Shown one piece after another: positions 60,032-64,000 of a stretch of DNA of 64,000 nt. The stretch lies in assembly GCA_043228905.1 (NCBI GenBank), contig JBHGNT010000014.1, positions 6,634,001 to 6,698,000 of the forward strand, given 5' to 3'. Both the position numbers and the translations under genes were made by a program. Each line of letters begins with the position of its first letter. Within the stretch, counting starts at the first letter, position 1. The notes beneath the pieces were generated by a model that worked only from the letters and a program-made list of their open reading frames with translations, was not told the origin of the DNA and did no database searches. Source of the DNA: Azolla caroliniana. Taxonomy: Eukaryota; Plantae; Polypodiophyta.

Positions 60032-63000
60032 GTCCAGCCAAAATAGGAGCCATTTGGTTGGACAGCAGCCCTAGATCTGTACAGCCCATTAGTGGTTCCA
60101 TTCCTTCCAAGCAAGTTAGCAATGTGTTCCTAGCCCAAGTCATTGTTAGTACTAAAAGTACTCCCCCAGTACCCGTTCTAGCACTTTTAGATTCCGGAGC
60201 TAATTCTTGTTTCATGGATCGAAATTTTGCCCAAGCTTCTCAGATATCCTTAAGAAAACTTCCTTGTCCCGCATCTGTAGTGGTCATTGATGGTCGTCCC
60301 ATTGCTTCCGGGAATATTGTAGAAGAATCAGAACCCATTCAAGTTGTCCTAGGTAGTTTTGTGTGTATAATATCATTTAATATAATTAGTAGTCCAGAGC
60401 ATCCCATTGTCCTAGGATTACCTTGGCTTGAGTTACATAATCCAGCCATAGATTGGAGAACAAGAGAAGTCCGATATCGACCACCCCAAGAATCAACTCG
60501 CCGAGTTTCGACCATTTCACTCCATCAACTACGCGAAGAAGGACCCAAGGAGGCAATGTTCCTATTTTCCATATCAGTACATCCTTCCAGCACTATTAAG
60601 AAGGACTCCTCAGTACAACTTCCGGCAAAATATCATCCTTATGCCGATGTATTTGACAAGGTAAAAGCCGGTACCCTTCCTCATCACCGTCCCTATGACT
60701 GTCCCATCGATTTACAACCAGGAACCGAGCCACCATGGGGACCAATTTACAACCTGTCACCCACCGAGTTAGAAGTCCTTCGAGCCTACATAGAGGAGAA
60801 CTTGGCAAGCGGGTTCATCCGTCATTCGAAATCTCCGGCCGGTGCACCCATCTTCTTTGTCAAGAAGAAAGATGGCTCACTTCGTCTTGTCGTTGATTAC
60901 CGCGGATTAAATAAAGTCACCATCCGGAATAGGTATGCACTTCCTCTTATATCAAGTCTTTTAGAGCAAGTTAATGGTGCCAAGTTTTTTACTAAAATCG
61001 ACCTACGCGGAGCGTATAATCTCGTGCGGATCCGACCGGGAGATGAGTGGAAGACCGCTTTTCGCACGCGGTATGGGCATTTTGAGTATACTGTTATGCC
61101 GTTTGGCCTAACCAATGCACCCGCAGTCTTCCAACACATGGCAAATGATATATTCAGAGACCTCTTGGATATCTGTTTGATCATTTATCTGGATGATCTG
61201 TTGATTTATTCGAAGACCCAGGAAGAGCACGACTCTCATGTACTATTAGTACTAAAGCGACTCCGCGAGAATGGTCTTTATGCCAAGCTAGAAAAATGTA
61301 GCTTCGATTGCAAGCAAGTGGAATTTCTAGGCTACGTCATCTCCTCAAAGGGCATCGCCATGGATCCAGCTAAGATCCAAACTGTACTAGAGTGGCAAAT
61401 TCCACGGTCGGTACGAGATGTACAATGTTTTCTAGGTTTTGCTAACTTCTACCGTAAGTTTATACAGGATTACTCGAAGATTATTTTACCTCTCACACAA
61501 CTTACGAAGAAGGGCCAAGCATTTCTTTGGTCCATTGAAGCAGATATGGCTTTTCGGCATCTTAAGAAAGCCTTTACATCAGCACCGATTCTAGCTCATG
61601 TGGATACAAGCAAACCATTCATCATGGAGGCCGACGCATCAGATTTCGCCCTCGGTAGCATCCTTTCTCAACAAGGTGATAAAGAAGAGTTGCATCCGGT
61701 GGCTTTCCATTCGCGCAAATTCGATGTCGCAGAAATCAACTACGAAATACATGACAAGGAGTTATTAGCCATCGTGGATTCATTTGTACAATGGCGGCAT
61801 TTCTTAGAGGGCTCTCCACATCAGGTCATTGTCTTCAGCGATCATAAAAATCTTGCTTATTTTCAGAACGCTCGCGTACTAAATCGACGGCAAGCTCGGT
61901 GGGCGCTATTCCTCACGCGTTTCGACTTCAAAATCACATATCGACCGGGGAAGCAGCAAGGAAAAGCAGATGCACTATCACGACGTTCATATCTTGCACC
62001 TCGTCCTGGTGAAGCAACATTTGATAATCAAAAGCAAGTAATCTTGGGACCAACACGATTGCACACGACGCGGATTTTTCACACCCCGATGGATTCACGG
62101 ATTACCGATGACATACGTGCAACCTTGAAGACGGATAGTTTTGCTCAAGACATCCTGGCGCACATTGATACTTCTCGGGCATCCTGTTCTCAGTCTCAAC
62201 AACCAGGTATTGACTACCGACAATTCGAATATCATGATGGTTTGTTATTCTTTAAAAAGCGCGTATATGTCCCCGATTGCTCCTGTCGCCTTCAAATTGT
62301 CCAACATTGTCACGACACCCATACGGCGGGACATTTCGGTAGTACTAAGACGTTGGAGCTAGTGCAGCGATCTTTTTGGTGGCCCCACATGCGCCGTTTT
62401 GTCGACGACTACGTTCGGACCTGTGATGCTTGCTGCCGAGCAAAGATGCCACGACACCATCCATATGGCTTGTTGGAACCTTTACCAATTCCAAGTAAGC
62501 CATGGCAGTCTATTTGTCTTGATTTTATCACAGATCTGCCGGTCTCGAAAGGGTTCGATGCTATCCTAACCGTCGTCGATCGATATACGAAGATGGCACA
62601 TTTTGTGCCATGTACTAAAGCCATCACTAGCGAGGAAACCGCCGCTCTTGTTATGCGTGAGGTTTTTCGGCATCATGGCCTCCCAGACAGTATTATCAGT
62701 GACCGAGGCCCGCAATTTGTCTCCAAATTTTGGCAGCATCTCTTCAAGATGCTCAAGGTCTCCTGCAACCTCTCCTCCGGCTACCATCCTCAGACCGACG
62801 GACAGGCGGAACGAACAAACCAAACGCTGGAGCAATATCTCCGGTGTTTCCTGAGTTATCAACAGGACGATTGGGCCGAGATTCTCCACTTTGCGGAGTT
62901 TGCGTATAATAATGCTATTCACTCCTCGACTCGGGTCTCCCCATTTTTCGCTTATACCGGTTTCCATCCTCGCTGGTCGGTGATCGACGCTCCGGAGCTA

Positions 63001-63516
63001 CCTACCAACCCTCGTGCCGAGGATCATTTGGAGAGGCTACGCAAGATCCAGATGGATCTCTCTACTCACCTTCGTCATGCTCAACACACACAGAAGACTT
63101 ATGCGGATCGTCATCGGATTCCCTCCTCTTTTGCCATCGGAGATCGAGTATGGCTCTTACGTCGTCACATCAAGACTACTCGACCGTGCGACAAGTTGGA
63201 TTATCGACGACTCGGTCCTTTCCGTATTACGGGGAAGATTAATGATGTCACCTTCCGCCTTGATCTCCCTCCGCAGCTTCAGATACATCCGGTTTTCCAT
63301 TGTTCTCTTCTTGAACCTTATAAAGCAAACACCATTCCCGATCGTGTGACACCACCGCCGCCCCCACTGGAGTTGGACGCCGGCCCGGAGTATGAAGTTG
63401 CTGCCATCCTCGATTCCAAACTTGTTCGCAACAAACTCTATTACTTGGTCGATTGGCTCGGTTATAGTCCGAGCGAACGTACTTGGGTCATGAGATGGCA
63501 AGACTCGAACCCATGA
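60019..63516 (+). CDS. pol: Pol polyprotein in the -1 frame; chromodomain truncated and fused to LTR sequence
   Basis: LLDSGA, YLDD, RNase H, integrase and GPF motifs; chromodomain ends at SERTW then reads into the LTR. Confidence 0.93.
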   Translation, partial: VKRLSPAKIGAIWLDSSPRSVQPISGSIPSKQVSNVFLAQVIVSTKSTPPVPVLALLDSGANSCFMDRNFAQASQISLRKLPCPASVVVIDGRPIASGNIVEESEPIQVVLGSFVCIISFNIISSPEHPIVLGLPWLELHNPAIDWRTREVRYRPPQESTRRVSTISLHQLREEGPKEAMFLFSISVHPSSTIKKDSSVQLPAKYHPYADVFDKVKAGTLPHHRPYDCPIDLQPGTEPPWGPIYNLSPTELEVLRAYIEENLASGFIRHSKSPAGAPIFFVKKKDGSLRLVVDYRGLNKVTIRNRYALPLISSLLEQVNGAKFFTKIDLRGAYNLVRIRPGDEWKTAFRTRYGHFEYTVMPFGLTNAPAVFQHMANDIFRDLLDICLIIYLDDLLIYSKTQEEHDSHVLLVLKRLRENGLYAKLEKCSFDCKQVEFLGYVISSKGIAMDPAKIQTVLEWQIPRSVRDVQCFLGFANFYRKFIQDYSKIILPLTQLTKKGQAFLWSIEADMAFRHLKKAFTSAPILAHVDTSKPFIMEADASDFALGSILSQQGDKEELHPVAFHSRKFDVAEINYEIHDKELLAIVDSFVQWRHFLEGSPHQVIVFSDHKNLAYFQNARVLNRRQARWALFLTRFDFKITYRPGKQQGKADALSRRSYLAPRPGEATFDNQKQVILGPTRLHTTRIFHTPMDSRITDDIRATLKTDSFAQDILAHIDTSRASCSQSQQPGIDYRQFEYHDGLLFFKKRVYVPDCSCRLQIVQHCHDTHTAGHFGSTKTLELVQRSFWWPHMRRFVDDYVRTCDACCRAKMPRHHPYGLLEPLPIPSKPWQSICLDFITDLPVSKGFDAILTVVDRYTKMAHFVPCTKAITSEETAALVMREVFRHHGLPDSIISDRGPQFVSKFWQHLFKMLKVSCNLSSGYHPQTDGQAERTNQTLEQYLRCFLSYQQDDWAEILHFAEFAYNNAIHSSTRVSPFFAYTGFHPRWSVIDAPELPTNPRAEDHLERLRKIQMDLSTHLRHAQHTQKTYADRHRIPSSFAIGDRVWLLRRHIKTTRPCDKLDYRRLGPFRITGKINDVTFRLDLPPQLQIHPVFHCSLLEPYKANTIPDRVTPPPPPLELDAGPEYEVAAILDSKLVRNKLYYLVDWLGYSPSERTWVMRWQDSNP

Positions 63517-63913
63517 CCTTATGGTATATGGGTCGAGCTCTTAACCATCTCACCATCTATTGTAATTCATAGAATATTATTTTCATTTATGTTTTATTAT
63601 AAGAAAGTAATGTATATTCCAGATTTCTCTGGAACATTCTAGAAGCTTCAGGATTATTCCTGAGAACACTATAAAAGAAGGCACTAAGCATTATGTTGAA
63701 CCAAATTGGTTCAACACCAGTCTTAAGCCTCTTAGCCGATTTGTACTTATCTTTCATATAATATAAGAGCTGCTGTCATCATTCTATTTCTCTCTCTCTC
63801 CTCTTCTCACTTCCTCTCTCTCGGGAATCTTACGCAGTCCTGTCTTCTTAGTACTAATAGTACTACTCTTCTTAGTACTAATTCCATCTCTGCTTTAGTA
63901 CTATTCCTGACAG

Positions 63914-64000
63914 TGTCAGGAACTCTATTAAGGCAGAGAAGGAATTAGTACTAAAAGAAGGATTAGTACTATGAGAGGTGTCGAACTTTGAGAGAAGGAA
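63914..64000 (-). mobile_element. Chromovirus-1-family LTR U5 end (runs out of window)
   Basis: Identical to 58024-58110 including the 41-bp deletion variant. Confidence 0.92.

Larger units (their letters stand above)
58377..63912 (+). mobile_element. Young chromovirus 2 (sister family of chromovirus 1), PPT deleted
   Basis: LTRs 58377-58803 and 63487-63912 appear identical except that the first T of the 3' LTR is missing; open gag and pol; no short TSD. Confidence 0.95.

Overview
Land-plant heterochromatin-type window, almost entirely nested LTR retrotransposons. The element lineages suggest a non-seed plant, which is inference only. Host-derived sequence is limited to one intact two-exon CYP71-clan cytochrome P450 (14767-16442, minus) and a decayed eIF5 fragment. 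Resolved nests: Copia B inside Copia A (TSDs GTTCT, GGTTT); a non-autonomous Gag-PR element inside the LTR of a tRNA-Trp-primed Gypsy (4-bp TSD GCGT); and an Athila-like Gypsy (TSD GAAAT) plus a Met-primed Gypsy inside Copia C. There are also two very young sister Tcn1-like chromoviruses with open gag/pol. Both chromoviruses share a compact regulatory set: an outward-facing tRNA-like A/B-box module at the U3 tip, a perfect 4-unit heat-shock element before the TATA box, a self-priming site with a compensatory substitution, a GUUAAAC + pseudoknot -1 frameshift signal and repeated TAGTACTA palindromes. An unrelated Gypsy lineage carries similar tRNA-like modules in the same LTR position and orientation. 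This recurrent LTR-tip Pol III module is the best candidate for an undescribed system. All coordinates were read by hand and no database searches were run.
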